This document shows, one piece after another, positions 9,701-18,863 of a stretch of DNA of 60,498 nt. Each line of letters begins with the position of its first letter. The first letter of the stretch is position 1. The DNA is from Candidatus Fokinia solitaria (GTDB taxonomy: Bacteria > Pseudomonadota > Alphaproteobacteria > Rickettsiales > Midichloriaceae), in contig CAMCJK010000001.1 of the NCBI GenBank assembly GCA_945875075.1, positions 1 to 60,498 of the forward strand, written 5' to 3'. Under the pieces are notes generated by a model that saw nothing but the letters and a program-made list of their open reading frames with translations, was not told where the DNA came from and made no database searches. Position numbers and translations under genes: made by a program.

Positions 9701-11884
9701 AGATGGGATAACTTTTTCAGTTAATAATTTTTTCTCATCAGCTGAATATTGGTCATTACAAAAAACCTCCTTTGATGCTGCAATAATAAGATCTGCAATA
9801 CCTTCGCCACTGCCTTTTCGTAGGATATAGTTTTCTATAGATTCAAACAGATTATTCTTTTCATATAAGTCCTCTAGTAATCTCTTGATTATCACAGGTG
9901 ATATTGGTTGAACATGCGGGTTTTTATCGATCATTACAACTGTACTAATCACATCTTGTATTGACATTGCATCTTGATTTCCCATCAATTTACATGTTAT
10001 TACATTCAAATCTTCTTGCTTGAATTTATCCTTTAAAAAGTTTTGTAATTCATCACGGGATATATGACTCTTTTGCTTACAGCTATTTAATAATTTGTTT
10101 ATTGTAGCTCTTAGCAGCTGAGGGGTCCGCTTGTTCAAATCCTCTTCAATTTGTATTTTTTTAACTTCATTAATCACATCTTTTATTGACATTGCATCTT
10201 TATTTTGCATCAATTTAGATGTTATTATCTCTAAATCTTCTTGATGGGCTACTTTATCATTTAAAAGTTCTTTTAATTCATCACTATTTATCTGCTCTTT
10301 CTTCACCTGCAGAGTTTGTAATGATATTAATACATCAGGTTTTATAGAAGGTTCTTTATTAGATTCTTTCATAAGTGCTAAGAATGCAGCTGCAATACCA
10401 CTCCCTATTCTTTGTGTTTTTACAGCATCTTCAATGCCTTTTTGTCTTGATGCAAGGTCATTCAGTAAAGACTTTAATTCTGCAGAAGATATTTGGTCTT
10501 TACCGCTCATCAAATCTTTAGCAATATCTTTGGATATAGTTAAAAAAGATGGAATGAGATTGCCTACATCATTTTCATTTAAGTATTCATTACCTTCATT
10601 AAGACTTTGAGAAAGAACAAATATAGCATCTGAGTGCACTCCATTGAGCCTTGACTTAAGATCAATTGGCTCTGCATGAAGCTTAGAATCTTCCTCTGAT
10701 AATGCTACAGGATTTCTTTTTTGAGAATCTTCCTTTGATGGTGCTTCAGGCTTTGTTATGTTTTTTAGTGCAGCTAGAATATTCTGATTCAATACTATAT
10801 CTAAAGCATCTTTTACTATTTCTAATAGTCCAACATTAAATATCTTTAAAACTTCATTATTAAATGTATCTTTTGCTACCATCAGATTTTGAGGTCTTGG
10901 ATTAATTGTTATTTCAATGTTCTTCTCAAGAGGCTTGGCATCTTTGTCCATCATGATCAACATATTACCTATAGAGCTCAATTTATAAACTATCTCACCT
11001 GATGCTTTTTGCTCCTTAATTTCAAAACAAAGACTTTGTAGCAAATCTTGATCCTTTAAAAGGTTTATAAGATCACCATATTTAGACTCTGTACCACCAC
11101 CATTTTTTTGAGTATCTCCTAACATTCCAGTAGCGATAGATATAAGCTGCATTATGTCCTCATTAAGTCCTGCATGTGCTATTTCTAAAACTGTTTTGAT
11201 TTCATCTTGAGTTACAAGGTTGGATAGTGCATTTTCTATCTTTTTTGGATCTATTAATCCTTTAACATTTTTTGATAAAAAATTAGCAGCTTCTATACTG
11301 ATACCTTGTTTTTTCTCACTTATTAAATTTTCTATACCTTCAATTTCTTTAACCTTTTCAATGATAGTAAGCATCTCATATGTTGAGATGCTATCTCGAT
11401 TCTCCATAGCTAGAAAAATGTCTAATATCTCTTGAAATATTCCAAGGTTTGACTTCTTATTGATTAGCGTTATAACTTCAGATATAAATTTTCCATCAAT
11501 TAATTTTGTCTTATCATCTGAAGGGATTTTTGATATGGCTATGATCGCATTTTGTAAATTTTTTTGTTGATCCGCACTAAGCCTGCTCAATAGGCTATCT
11601 TGTATTTCTTTAAAACTTTGTAATCCTAATACACGTCTTTGTAGATCATCTCGTGTTATCAAGTCTTTATAAGTATCTCTTAACTGCCATATATTCCTGA
11701 GGTTACTAAATACAAGCTGCCAAAAAGACAAATTAAAAATTGTAGCATTTAGTATAGGTCTCAATCCTGAAACCTTATCATTATCAATAAAAGTATTTTT
11801 GATATATTTTGTAAATGCTGCACTCTGCATTATCCGATCCACAGCATCTATGGATGCTTCTTGATGGCTTTGTAGTAATCCCAT
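6746..11884 (-). CDS. giant (1712 aa) effector-like protein with a central pentapeptide-repeat domain
   Basis: Single uninterrupted ORF. Residues encoded at about 9125-9300 read LAGKDLSKVDLSNATFEGIVFEKTTLDDVNLKNSEFYNCSFNNCIITQDIQLDGAKF, which fits the pentapeptide-repeat pattern A(D/N)LXX. There are internal duplicated modules (ELKELLNDKVAHQEDLEIITSKLMQNKDAMSIKDVI / ELQNFLKDKFKQEDLNVITCKLMGNQDAMSIQDVI) and a C-terminal 20-aa tandem (NNFKDTLAARIFASGKTLKDQ / NNFKDILAAGSFAGGKTLKNQ). No signal peptide. Confidence 0.75.
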   Translation of the reverse strand: MGLLQSHQEASIDAVDRIMQSAAFTKYIKNTFIDNDKVSGLRPILNATIFNLSFWQLVFSNLRNIWQLRDTYKDLITRDDLQRRVLGLQSFKEIQDSLLSRLSADQQKNLQNAIIAISKIPSDDKTKLIDGKFISEVITLINKKSNLGIFQEILDIFLAMENRDSISTYEMLTIIEKVKEIEGIENLISEKKQGISIEAANFLSKNVKGLIDPKKIENALSNLVTQDEIKTVLEIAHAGLNEDIMQLISIATGMLGDTQKNGGGTESKYGDLINLLKDQDLLQSLCFEIKEQKASGEIVYKLSSIGNMLIMMDKDAKPLEKNIEITINPRPQNLMVAKDTFNNEVLKIFNVGLLEIVKDALDIVLNQNILAALKNITKPEAPSKEDSQKRNPVALSEEDSKLHAEPIDLKSRLNGVHSDAIFVLSQSLNEGNEYLNENDVGNLIPSFLTISKDIAKDLMSGKDQISSAELKSLLNDLASRQKGIEDAVKTQRIGSGIAAAFLALMKESNKEPSIKPDVLISLQTLQVKKEQINSDELKELLNDKVAHQEDLEIITSKLMQNKDAMSIKDVINEVKKIQIEEDLNKRTPQLLRATINKLLNSCKQKSHISRDELQNFLKDKFKQEDLNVITCKLMGNQDAMSIQDVISTVVMIDKNPHVQPISPVIIKRLLEDLYEKNNLFESIENYILRKGSGEGIADLIIAASKEVFCNDQYSADEKKLLTEKVIPSIINQIIPDIRYNNIIKLILDKLRKEPETTQTLLSNQQIKAILVAILQPNISGALYNYAKNLKLNSIIGGLNGLIHLPVNSIVMEYCRPSVNNDQMIVQQFKRDLSIARGEIAENEKVNVKAILDKNLVAFGVYPLAGKDLSKVDLSNATFEGIVFEKTTLDDVNLKNSEFYNCSFNNCIITQDIQLDGAKFDIDSLQTFIDRAESQKLDINALLKDVVLDSSVIKDPVDARLIYGLIQYSKATGMQFSQALIVEAHKNNIKYENLQYLAGKGSRLIKQALGEDFPSKLMIMKQLPKKLEDIGISESVLKDFAVQIRTGDFKLNDNASALKSLQMQCVQNILSGHYAKDQEFLKGLLSMLNAEQQLILEHIIHPINHIIYSKDKVRIQGANEMLNKINDVSVIDVKTFNIVCAFAKNDLKLNGAQQNDLISFFKVQNGLVDDQKLSDFINILKSAEYENIQNIVSKLTTDDAQKIELYDELSNSGKSKEYDMIMGKFPATDNLKALQNHSMSEMLQQWYCNRAAGKMRPEAARGGNNHTVDCLEKATEYSSQLENELANDIAKKIILKLFGKGYLAIPDRLDDAEKIYNATLELVNVLDLEYQKILGNSTVLDKLVGDKNTGLCGLLYQQATLFPLMPSSNVYLNNSFTSEGIKDLLKDKLSNKSILIENIIIMQPSLEKHKSELENLDLDVLKVINKNHELFAERSAIKEASGLLYSGNKKLHDAMYNLDAQTLKTVLETEIETFGAVETYFETFGGDLKTMIGNLDISQDLVKLSKELVERNCVGDCFNLVIKNERLKALIKYDIARPMLANILAYESQKPLNDQKDFSTILSTGHTKEFAYKAREEADTIAANIFQALQINDKTWGSKEKLIQSQNNFKDTLAARIFASGKTLKDQNNFKDILAAGSFAGGKTLKNQPNGAVIKITWAGYEITKAFSKALAGKLYGWKEVPKFNVNLIKECDELIKGPSRQISLHNNIQLLH

Positions 11885-11967
11885 TTTGTATGTGTTTCCT
11901 AGTATTGTTTATGAATGTATTGTTTTTTCTACACTTAAGAAAATATTACATGTTTATTAAAAATTTA

Positions 11968-13041
11968 TTACAATTCCCAATAAAACTTTACACGCAGTTG
12001 TATAGCAGTTAGTATATCATAAACTGAATTACTTGTGAACTTCACAACATCTTCTAATGCTAAAGTATTACCTAAAAGCGTCACTATATCTCCACACTTA
12101 ACAGATCTGCAGTTAGTGACATCAACTGTAATCATGTCCATTGAGATTCTTCCAATAATTGGGCATATTGTATTATTAATCAGCACAGGTGCCCCATCAG
12201 AGATAGATCTTGGATATCCATCTCCATATCCTATACCAATTGTAGCGACTGATATTTCTGATGTTGATTTAAAGCGCGCACCATATCCAAAAGTTGAATC
12301 TTTAGGCATTGTTCTCACACTCATTACATGAGATATTAGTGTCATTACAGGCTTTAAATTTAGATTTGCAGCAGTTATATTTTGAAATGGCGATACACCA
12401 TAGACTGATATACCTGGTCTTACGATATCATAATGAGACTCTGGAAAGTTGAATATAGCAGCTGAGTTAGCTAAACTCTTAGGGCCAGGGAAATTTTTTG
12501 CAAGTGCTTTGAAAATTTGCATTTGTTCTTGATTTTTAGGATGATCTTTATAATCAGCACAAGCAAAATGAGATGTTAATGTTACTACTCCAACACCGTC
12601 ATATCTTTTGAGAGTTTCAAATACGCTCTGTGCCTCCTCAGGTTTGAAACCTAATCTACCAATCCCAGTGTCAATTTTTAACCATACATTGACTTTTTTT
12701 AATGTAGCTATATCTAAGCAGTCCAGCTGTGCAAAATCATATACTAGAAGTTCAAAGTTAGAACATGAAGCAGCAATGACCTCATCTTTCGTGCAAACAC
12801 CTTGCATTATACAAATTGGGGCTTTGACACCAACTTTTCGTAAAGCAACTGCTTCATCAAACCTAGCTACTCCAATATAATCTACTAAAGAATCTAATCG
12901 CATTGCTGTAGATCTAATCCCATGACCATATGCATTAGCTTTTAGCATAACCATTATTTTACTATTTTTAGCAATGTTTTTTATCTCTTTAAGGTTATGT
13001 AAGAGATTTGACGTTGATAGTATTGCTGATGGAACGTACAT
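11968..13041 (-). CDS. alr: alanine racemase
   Basis: PLP-lysine motif VMLKANAYGHG near the N-terminus. 357 aa with typical Alr length and C-terminal beta domain. Confidence 0.9.
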   Translation of the reverse strand: MYVPSAILSTSNLLHNLKEIKNIAKNSKIMVMLKANAYGHGIRSTAMRLDSLVDYIGVARFDEAVALRKVGVKAPICIMQGVCTKDEVIAASCSNFELLVYDFAQLDCLDIATLKKVNVWLKIDTGIGRLGFKPEEAQSVFETLKRYDGVGVVTLTSHFACADYKDHPKNQEQMQIFKALAKNFPGPKSLANSAAIFNFPESHYDIVRPGISVYGVSPFQNITAANLNLKPVMTLISHVMSVRTMPKDSTFGYGARFKSTSEISVATIGIGYGDGYPRSISDGAPVLINNTICPIIGRISMDMITVDVTNCRSVKCGDIVTLLGNTLALEDVVKFTSNSVYDILTAIQLRVKFYWEL

Positions 13042-13089
13042 TTAATTCACAAGATATGTTAATATATACAAAACATTTAAAAAGTTAAT

Positions 13090-14373
13090 ATGATAAAAAG
13101 ATTCACTTTGCAATTATGGCAGAAAGTGTTGATAGGCATGTTATTAGGTATAGTTACTGGATTCCTGTTTGGCTCTAAGATTGCATCTCTAGAATATCTT
13201 GGGATATTTTTTCTTAATATGATTAAAATGGTTACAATCCCATTGATTTTCTTCACAGCCATATATGGCATAACTAGCGTTGAACATTATAGTGGCCTAG
13301 GAAGACTTAGCGCTAAGGCAATTGCAGTCTTTTTATGTACAGCATTCGTAGCAGGGTGTATAGGCCTGGTTGTAGCATCTATTATCAAGCCAGGCCTAGG
13401 CGATACTCAGAGAATTATTCAAATGATCTCTGAGACGAAAAAATCAAATACAAGTAATACTAATATACATAGTAGTGACTCAATTATAGATTTTTTAGTC
13501 AACATAGTGCCCAGTAATATCTTTGATGCAGCAGCACATGGTCATATTTTGCAAATAATAGTCTTTGGATTCTTTTGTGGTGTGACTTTAAATAAAAATC
13601 GGTCAGAATGTGAAGGGGTAATAAAGCTAATTCACCAAATCGCACAAATGTTTTTCAGCATGATAGAATCTATTATGAAGTTTGCTCCAATAGGTGTCTT
13701 TGGGTATATGGCTTCACTTGTAGCAGTTGATGGAATTGGGGTGATGCTTATAATGACAAAACTCATCATAACAATAGTGTTTGGCTGTATTATACAATAT
13801 CTATTTTTTGGACTAATACTTGTAATTCTGGGTGGCATATCACCTATCCCATTTTATAGAAAAATCTTCGATATACAGCTCCTTGCTTTTTCAACCAGTA
13901 GTTCTAAGGCTGTTCTAGTACCAATGATGCATAAGTGTGAGCAAGAGCTTGGTATTTCAAAAGAAGGCAGTAGATTTATACTACCTCTATCTGCTGCATT
14001 AAACATGGATGGAGGAGCTATATATCAAGTCTCTTGTGTAATATTTTTCAGCCAGATATATGGGCTATCATTTGGATTTCATGAGTATGTAATTATAATT
14101 TTGATGTCCACTATAGCTTCAATCGGAGGAGCAGGTATCCCAAGCGGTACTTTGTTATTTTTAGGCATGGTCCTACACTCAGTTGGAATGCCTATGGATG
14201 GGATTCTGATAGTTGCTACAATTGATAGAATACTGGATATGTTTACAACTGTAATCAATGTTACAGGAGACATCTTTGCAACTCTTATGGTTGAGATATC
14301 TGAAAAAAGATTAAATAGAGAAATTTATGATTCAAAGTCTTATGTAAATATTGAAAAAGTAGATCAAACTTAA
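13090..14373 (+). CDS. dicarboxylate/amino acid:cation symporter (DAACS family)
   Basis: 427-aa polytopic protein with DAACS signatures FSTSSSKAVLVPMM (SSSxxxLP-like) and ALNMDGGAIYQ (NMDGxAxY). Confidence 0.85.
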   Translation: MIKRFTLQLWQKVLIGMLLGIVTGFLFGSKIASLEYLGIFFLNMIKMVTIPLIFFTAIYGITSVEHYSGLGRLSAKAIAVFLCTAFVAGCIGLVVASIIKPGLGDTQRIIQMISETKKSNTSNTNIHSSDSIIDFLVNIVPSNIFDAAAHGHILQIIVFGFFCGVTLNKNRSECEGVIKLIHQIAQMFFSMIESIMKFAPIGVFGYMASLVAVDGIGVMLIMTKLIITIVFGCIIQYLFFGLILVILGGISPIPFYRKIFDIQLLAFSTSSSKAVLVPMMHKCEQELGISKEGSRFILPLSAALNMDGGAIYQVSCVIFFSQIYGLSFGFHEYVIIILMSTIASIGGAGIPSGTLLFLGMVLHSVGMPMDGILIVATIDRILDMFTTVINVTGDIFATLMVEISEKRLNREIYDSKSYVNIEKVDQT

Positions 14374-14512
14374 TAAGTGCAGATAATCTGAAGAAATTTA
14401 TAAAATTTAAACTAATGACACATATTTTATTATCACCAATTTGATATCAATTACTTCATAGAGATTACCTTTATAAGGTTGGTAATGTCCTTTTTGTATA
14501 GTCATAAATATG

Positions 14513-15349
14513 TTATTTTCCTGGATCATTTATACTAAATATCCCATTTTTAGGATCAAACCAAATTGTGCCATCACCAATCATCAAACCTCTATACCCA
14601 ACCTCACTTACTTCCTCTTCTATAGCTGCTTTTTTAACTACATCATTGAATATTATTGGATACATTTGTTTCAATTCTGATTTGTCTTTTATTGTCATAT
14701 TAAAAGTTAATGGATAGCTTACAAGTTGTGCAATCTCATCAAAATCATCATTTTTGACAGCTTTTTCTAGCTTATTTAAATATGTATCAAGAATTTTAGT
14801 AGTTATAGAGGTGTCGCTAAAACCCCCTTTTGGTATCTTATATCTTTTACCATTAATTTTTTTTGTAGGATTCTTAACAGGTGACAATCCCTCCTCTATA
14901 CTAGATATTCCATCTCTAGGATCAAATCGTATCATACCAGAATCAACTTCTGTGTTACCAGCCTCCAATATTACTAAACTACTATTTAGCTCAGCTATTT
15001 TCCCTTCTATAGCTGCTTTTTTAACTACATCATTGAATATTTGTGGATACATTTGTTTTAATTCTGATTTGTCTTTTATTGTCATATTAAAAGTCAATGG
15101 ATAGCTTACAAGTTGTGCAATCTCATCAAAATCATCATTTTTGACAGCTTTTTCTAGCTTATTTAAATACGTATCAAGTTCTTCAGTTGTGAAATTATTA
15201 ACAAAACCCCCTTCTGGTATCTCATATCTTTTACCTTTGACGCTTTCTGAAGCATATGTAGTAATTGAAAAAAACATCATGAAAGTCAGAGATATTGCAC
15301 AAATTATGCGTGTAAATTTCCTTGCTGCAATAAATGATGTATATGCCAT
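14513..15349 (-). CDS. exported hypothetical protein built from two tandem copies of one domain
   Basis: N-terminal signal-like segment (ICAISLTFMMFFSITTYA). It is followed by two copies of GKRY.IP.GGF ... LDTYLNKLEKAVKNDDFDEIAQLVSYPLTFNMTIKDKSELKQMYP.IFNDVVKKAAIE. Confidence 0.7.
   Translation of the reverse strand: MAYTSFIAARKFTRIICAISLTFMMFFSITTYASESVKGKRYEIPEGGFVNNFTTEELDTYLNKLEKAVKNDDFDEIAQLVSYPLTFNMTIKDKSELKQMYPQIFNDVVKKAAIEGKIAELNSSLVILEAGNTEVDSGMIRFDPRDGISSIEEGLSPVKNPTKKINGKRYKIPKGGFSDTSITTKILDTYLNKLEKAVKNDDFDEIAQLVSYPLTFNMTIKDKSELKQMYPIIFNDVVKKAAIEEEVSEVGYRGLMIGDGTIWFDPKNGIFSINDPGK
14608..15238. repeat. intragenic tandem duplication, period 387 nt
   Basis: Near-identical nucleotide stretches lie 387 nt apart. 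For example, the two spurious + strand ORFs starting MTAFSSLFKYVS at 14754 and 15141 are the same sequence. The core is about 170 nt with only a few mismatches. Confidence 0.85.
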
Positions 15350-15369
15350 AGTTTAAAAAATATTAATGT

Positions 15370-15960
15370 TTATTTATTTGCCTGTAATATATCAGATGCT
15401 ATTTTCTCACCATTAAGTTTAGAACTATCAAACCAGACATCATAAAATTCCTTAGAAGATTCAAAGACGTCATACTGATCTGTTTGGTTTCTAATAAAAT
15501 CTTCCGTTAAAAATAGATTATCAGTTCTAGTTTTGAGTCTTTTTAATCTTTCTTCTACAGGGCAGTATATGCCTATAAATTTAGTATTATAGCCTTGTAA
15601 TGATGCTAAATAAATCTGCCCTAACTCTTTCGCATCTGGGCCATCTAAGGCTGTATCGATAACAACACTAAAGTTTTGCTTCAACAGTGCATTAGCAGTT
15701 GTGAGAAGTATGGAAGCAACGACCTTTCTTCGTGCTAACCGGTTGTTATTAAATAATCCTTTTAGACCGTCATCATCATTTTCTGTTCCAATTTCATTCT
15801 TTGCAAATACAAACACTTTAGGGAAAATTGTACTAAAAAACTCACCTGCTTTATCAATTTGTAGATGTACAAATTTATTATCAGACTGCCTGCAGATTTC
15901 CTTAGCTATCGTTGTTTTTCCAGAACAAGATGGTCCATTAATTATGATAACTTGATGCAT
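15370..15960 (-). CDS. P-loop kinase, chloramphenicol-phosphotransferase-like
   Basis: 196 aa. Walker A INGPSCSGKTT at the N-terminus, then HLQID, VVIDTAL and IGIYCPVEERLKR blocks in the order I recall for the CPT family (ILNGGSSAGKS ... GVD ... IIDDV ... VGVRC...R). Confidence 0.55.
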   Translation of the reverse strand: MHQVIIINGPSCSGKTTIAKEICRQSDNKFVHLQIDKAGEFFSTIFPKVFVFAKNEIGTENDDDGLKGLFNNNRLARRKVVASILLTTANALLKQNFSVVIDTALDGPDAKELGQIYLASLQGYNTKFIGIYCPVEERLKRLKTRTDNLFLTEDFIRNQTDQYDVFESSKEFYDVWFDSSKLNGEKIASDILQANK

Positions 15961-16060
15961 ACTTATATTTTATTAATTGAGAAATATTTATATATTTTAT
16001 TCTTGACTTAGTACACAATTATAGGTTATATACTACTATATAATAGTATCACAAAATCTA

Positions 16061-16354
16061 ATGTTAGAAAACAAGTATTTGAAATATGGAATAAAGAAGT
16101 TTTTTTCTTATTTATTGATAGGTTTAATGGCATCAAGCTTCATGTGCGGTGTATTGGGTATGTTGGCTGGTGCTATACCAGTAATCATTTGCTCTATAAT
16201 TTGCAGTATACATGATGTCAAAACACTAAAAACACCTCCTCATGATCCATTTATTGTTTTTACTAAAAGACATATTATTATTGCGCTTATTTTACTAGTT
16301 GTTAGTTTGTGTTGGTATTTATATTACCACTTATTGTGTAGCTCTGGCGATTAG
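16061..16354 (+). CDS. small hypothetical membrane protein
   Basis: 97-aa ORF with two or three hydrophobic helices, lying in an intergenic position. No homology recognised. Confidence 0.35.
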   Translation: MLENKYLKYGIKKFFSYLLIGLMASSFMCGVLGMLAGAIPVIICSIICSIHDVKTLKTPPHDPFIVFTKRHIIIALILLVVSLCWYLYYHLLCSSGD

Positions 16355-16404
16355 AAAACATTTATCAGCTTGGTTGCAGCCTAAGATCTCATCATGTTTT
16401 GTCT

Positions 16405-17235
16405 ATGACAACCTTCCAATCTAATATCATCAGCATTTACGGAGAAAAAGGCAAAATCTGGCTAAATGCACTGCCTCAGCTTGTTACGGCAATATCTTCA
16501 AGGCTGGATTTGCGTGATTTAAAAGAAGTCAGCAATCTTACCTACAACTATGTGCTGTCAGGATTTCAGGGAGATAACCCTATTATCCTCAAGCTTGGTC
16601 TGGATAATGTAGGGTTGAAGCGAGAAGCTTTTGCGCTCAAGTGCTTTTCAGGCTGTGGTGCAGTGAAGGTGTTAGGCAAAGATGATGGCATGTTACTGCT
16701 GGATAGAGCAGTGCCCGGCACGTCTCTTAAAGATTATTTTCCAAATAAGGAAAAAGAATCTATCGAAATTGCCTGTGGGGTTATGAAAAAGCTGCATCAA
16801 GCAAACATTCCTAAAGATCACCCATTCCCTCACATCAAAGATTGGCTTGCGGCATTGGGTAAGGACTTGAACATTCCTGATAAATATTTGCAAAAAGCTA
16901 GAAAATTACGTGATGAACTTCTGCAAAGTTCTGTCCCAGATGTTTTGCTCCACGGCGACCTGCATCATGATAATATCTTACAAAATGGTGATGACTGGCT
17001 AGTGATCGATCCCAAAGGTGCGATTGGTTCGCCTATGAATGAAATATGGGCATTTGTTATGGATATTGAACGGGATATTCCATTTATAGCACAATATTTT
17101 AACTACAGAACTCAGGATTTATTTGATTGGTATTTTTTGCATGTAATATTGGCTGCATGCTGGAATTTAGAAGATAATATCGATGCTAATTTATTTCTTA
17201 GACTTGCCGAAAACGCATATAAATATGTTTCTTAA
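16405..17235 (+). CDS. aminoglycoside O-phosphotransferase, APH(6)/StrB-like
   Basis: Catalytic-loop motif LLHGDLHHDNIL followed by WLVIDPKG. Its length and layout resemble APH(6)-Id (LHGDLHHENI ... WLVIDP). I prefer the ATG at 16405 over the TTG at 16399. Visibly higher G+C than the flanks. Confidence 0.8.
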   Translation: MTTFQSNIISIYGEKGKIWLNALPQLVTAISSRLDLRDLKEVSNLTYNYVLSGFQGDNPIILKLGLDNVGLKREAFALKCFSGCGAVKVLGKDDGMLLLDRAVPGTSLKDYFPNKEKESIEIACGVMKKLHQANIPKDHPFPHIKDWLAALGKDLNIPDKYLQKARKLRDELLQSSVPDVLLHGDLHHDNILQNGDDWLVIDPKGAIGSPMNEIWAFVMDIERDIPFIAQYFNYRTQDLFDWYFLHVILAACWNLEDNIDANLFLRLAENAYKYVS

Positions 17236-17705
17236 TTGTACCAAAAAATATAAAAGTTTAAATAACTTGCAAATAGAATCCATAGAAAATATGGGATCAT
17301 CAAAAGCGATACCACTCTTATCTTTGAATAGGATAACAAAATGAGCATGCCAACCAGTATATCCATACAACTCAAAACTATGAGTGCAGATCCTGTTAAA
17401 TGATAATGGAAAAACAATGGTGTCCAGCTCCAGTTTAAAATGAGTTGAGTGATATATAATGTTTTTAGAGTCTTCAGCTTTGGAAATGAAGCCCCCCTCC
17501 AAATGAGGGATCCACAAGCACCAATGGTGGCGTATAAAATAGTCCAAGCAACTGGAAATACATAATTTGGTGGTGTGAGCTTTGAACGATTTAAGGTGCT
17601 ATACCAAGTACTGATCTCTGGTTTTGTTAAAGAGCCAATAACTGAGCCAATTGCTATGAGCAGTACAATCCAAATAATTAAAGAGAGGTGATTTTTATTT
17701 TTCAT
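17232..17705 (-). CDS. tspO: tryptophan-rich sensory protein TspO
   Basis: Five-helix, Trp-rich protein: WYSTLNRSKLTPPNYVFPVAWTILY ... LILNWSWTPLFF. The internal start MKNKNHL at 17705 removes the 49-nt overlap with the upstream gene. Confidence 0.85.
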   Translation of the reverse strand: MKNKNHLSLIIWIVLLIAIGSVIGSLTKPEISTWYSTLNRSKLTPPNYVFPVAWTILYATIGACGSLIWRGASFPKLKTLKTLYITQLILNWSWTPLFFHYHLTGSALIVLSCMDILVGMLILLSYSKIRVVSLLMIPYFLWILFASYLNFYIFWYN

Positions 17706-17716
17706 AAAAGTTAATA

Positions 17717-18697
17717 TTAAATTTTTGAAGCAATGAAATTGGAACCCTTTTGAGTATTTAACCACACTGTTTCAATATCTGACCTCTCACACCAATCACC
17801 AACAGCATAAAGACCAAGGTTATTATCCATAAAATATTCTAAGTTTTCTACTGGTTGAATTTTGGAATATAGCCAACGATGCCTTGATACATATGAAAGA
17901 TTTGTGATATCAAGGGTGATTAAAGTACCTAACTCATTTAAAAGGAGATCTTGGACTTCCTCAATATTTCTATGTAGATTAGCTTCTGTCCATTGATGGT
18001 CAGAATGAATTACAAGGCAAGTAACGTCATTGTTTCGTTCAGGCTTTGTAGAATTCACGCCAATCCATTTTATCGGGCTATTATAAACATGAGCAGCTAT
18101 CCATCCTTTGTCCCATGGCTCATTGATGCCAATCATTAGAGCAAAACAACTATCAAATTTTCCTTTATATATCCCATGATTTTTAGGAGGATAATCTGAA
18201 AAAAGCTTAAGGGTTTGAGGGGTAGGCGCTGTTGAGATGACTATATCATATACACCAAGATCTTCATCGGCCCTGCTTATAAGATGCCATTTCTTTTCAT
18301 TAGTTGGCTTTATGCTTGTAACTTCACATTGAGTCTTGATCTTTAAGCCTATGGCAATATGCTTACACAAACTGTTCATATTAGGTATCGCAACAAAATA
18401 TGATGATTCAGAGATGTTTTTTATACTAGGACTCCATTTTTCCAATGTGATAATGGGACCTTTCCACTCTGCGACGACTGAGCCAATCAAAGGTTTAAGG
18501 AAATTGTGAAACTCTTTTGTATTTACTGTCCAGTAGGGAGCACCATGGTCAAAAACAAAAGGATCAGCATAGCGAGTGCTCATGCGTCCACCAACACCTC
18601 TACCCTTTTCAAAGATACAAACATCAGCTTTTTTTGAAAGTTCTTGCCCCAAAGTGAGGCCTGATAAACCTGATCCGATAATTGCAATTCTTTTCAT
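17717..18697 (-). CDS. NAD(P)/FAD-dependent oxidoreductase (renalase-like)
   Basis: N-terminal dinucleotide-binding motif IAIIGSGLSGLTLGQEL...FEKGRGVGGRMSTR. 326 aa. Confidence 0.8.
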   Translation of the reverse strand: MKRIAIIGSGLSGLTLGQELSKKADVCIFEKGRGVGGRMSTRYADPFVFDHGAPYWTVNTKEFHNFLKPLIGSVVAEWKGPIITLEKWSPSIKNISESSYFVAIPNMNSLCKHIAIGLKIKTQCEVTSIKPTNEKKWHLISRADEDLGVYDIVISTAPTPQTLKLFSDYPPKNHGIYKGKFDSCFALMIGINEPWDKGWIAAHVYNSPIKWIGVNSTKPERNNDVTCLVIHSDHQWTEANLHRNIEEVQDLLLNELGTLITLDITNLSYVSRHRWLYSKIQPVENLEYFMDNNLGLYAVGDWCERSDIETVWLNTQKGSNFIASKI

Positions 18698-18863
18698 TTT
18701 TTTTGCTCAGTGGTAAAAATAATATTTTTGTTTTTTTGACACTTATTAGAACAATATGTTAACGTTATGCCAAATTTTTCCCATTTTTTCTCCAATTAAA
18801 GGGGTATTTACAAACAATGCATATTTTTTGTGGTCAAATGCTTTTTATCAGCACCTTTAGGTA

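Noticed and set aside
14465-14495. Possible bidirectional terminator hairpin (attacc...ggtaat followed by a T-run) between the convergent symporter and duplicated-domain genes
   Set aside because: The stem is only 6 bp and AT-rich with an 11-nt loop, which is too weak to call.
17706-17765. Extended tspO start giving a 49-nt overlap with the oxidoreductase gene
   Set aside because: The extension (MVKYSKGFQFHCFKNLILTF) is not TspO-like. The internal Met at 17705 gives a normal-length TspO and removes the overlap.
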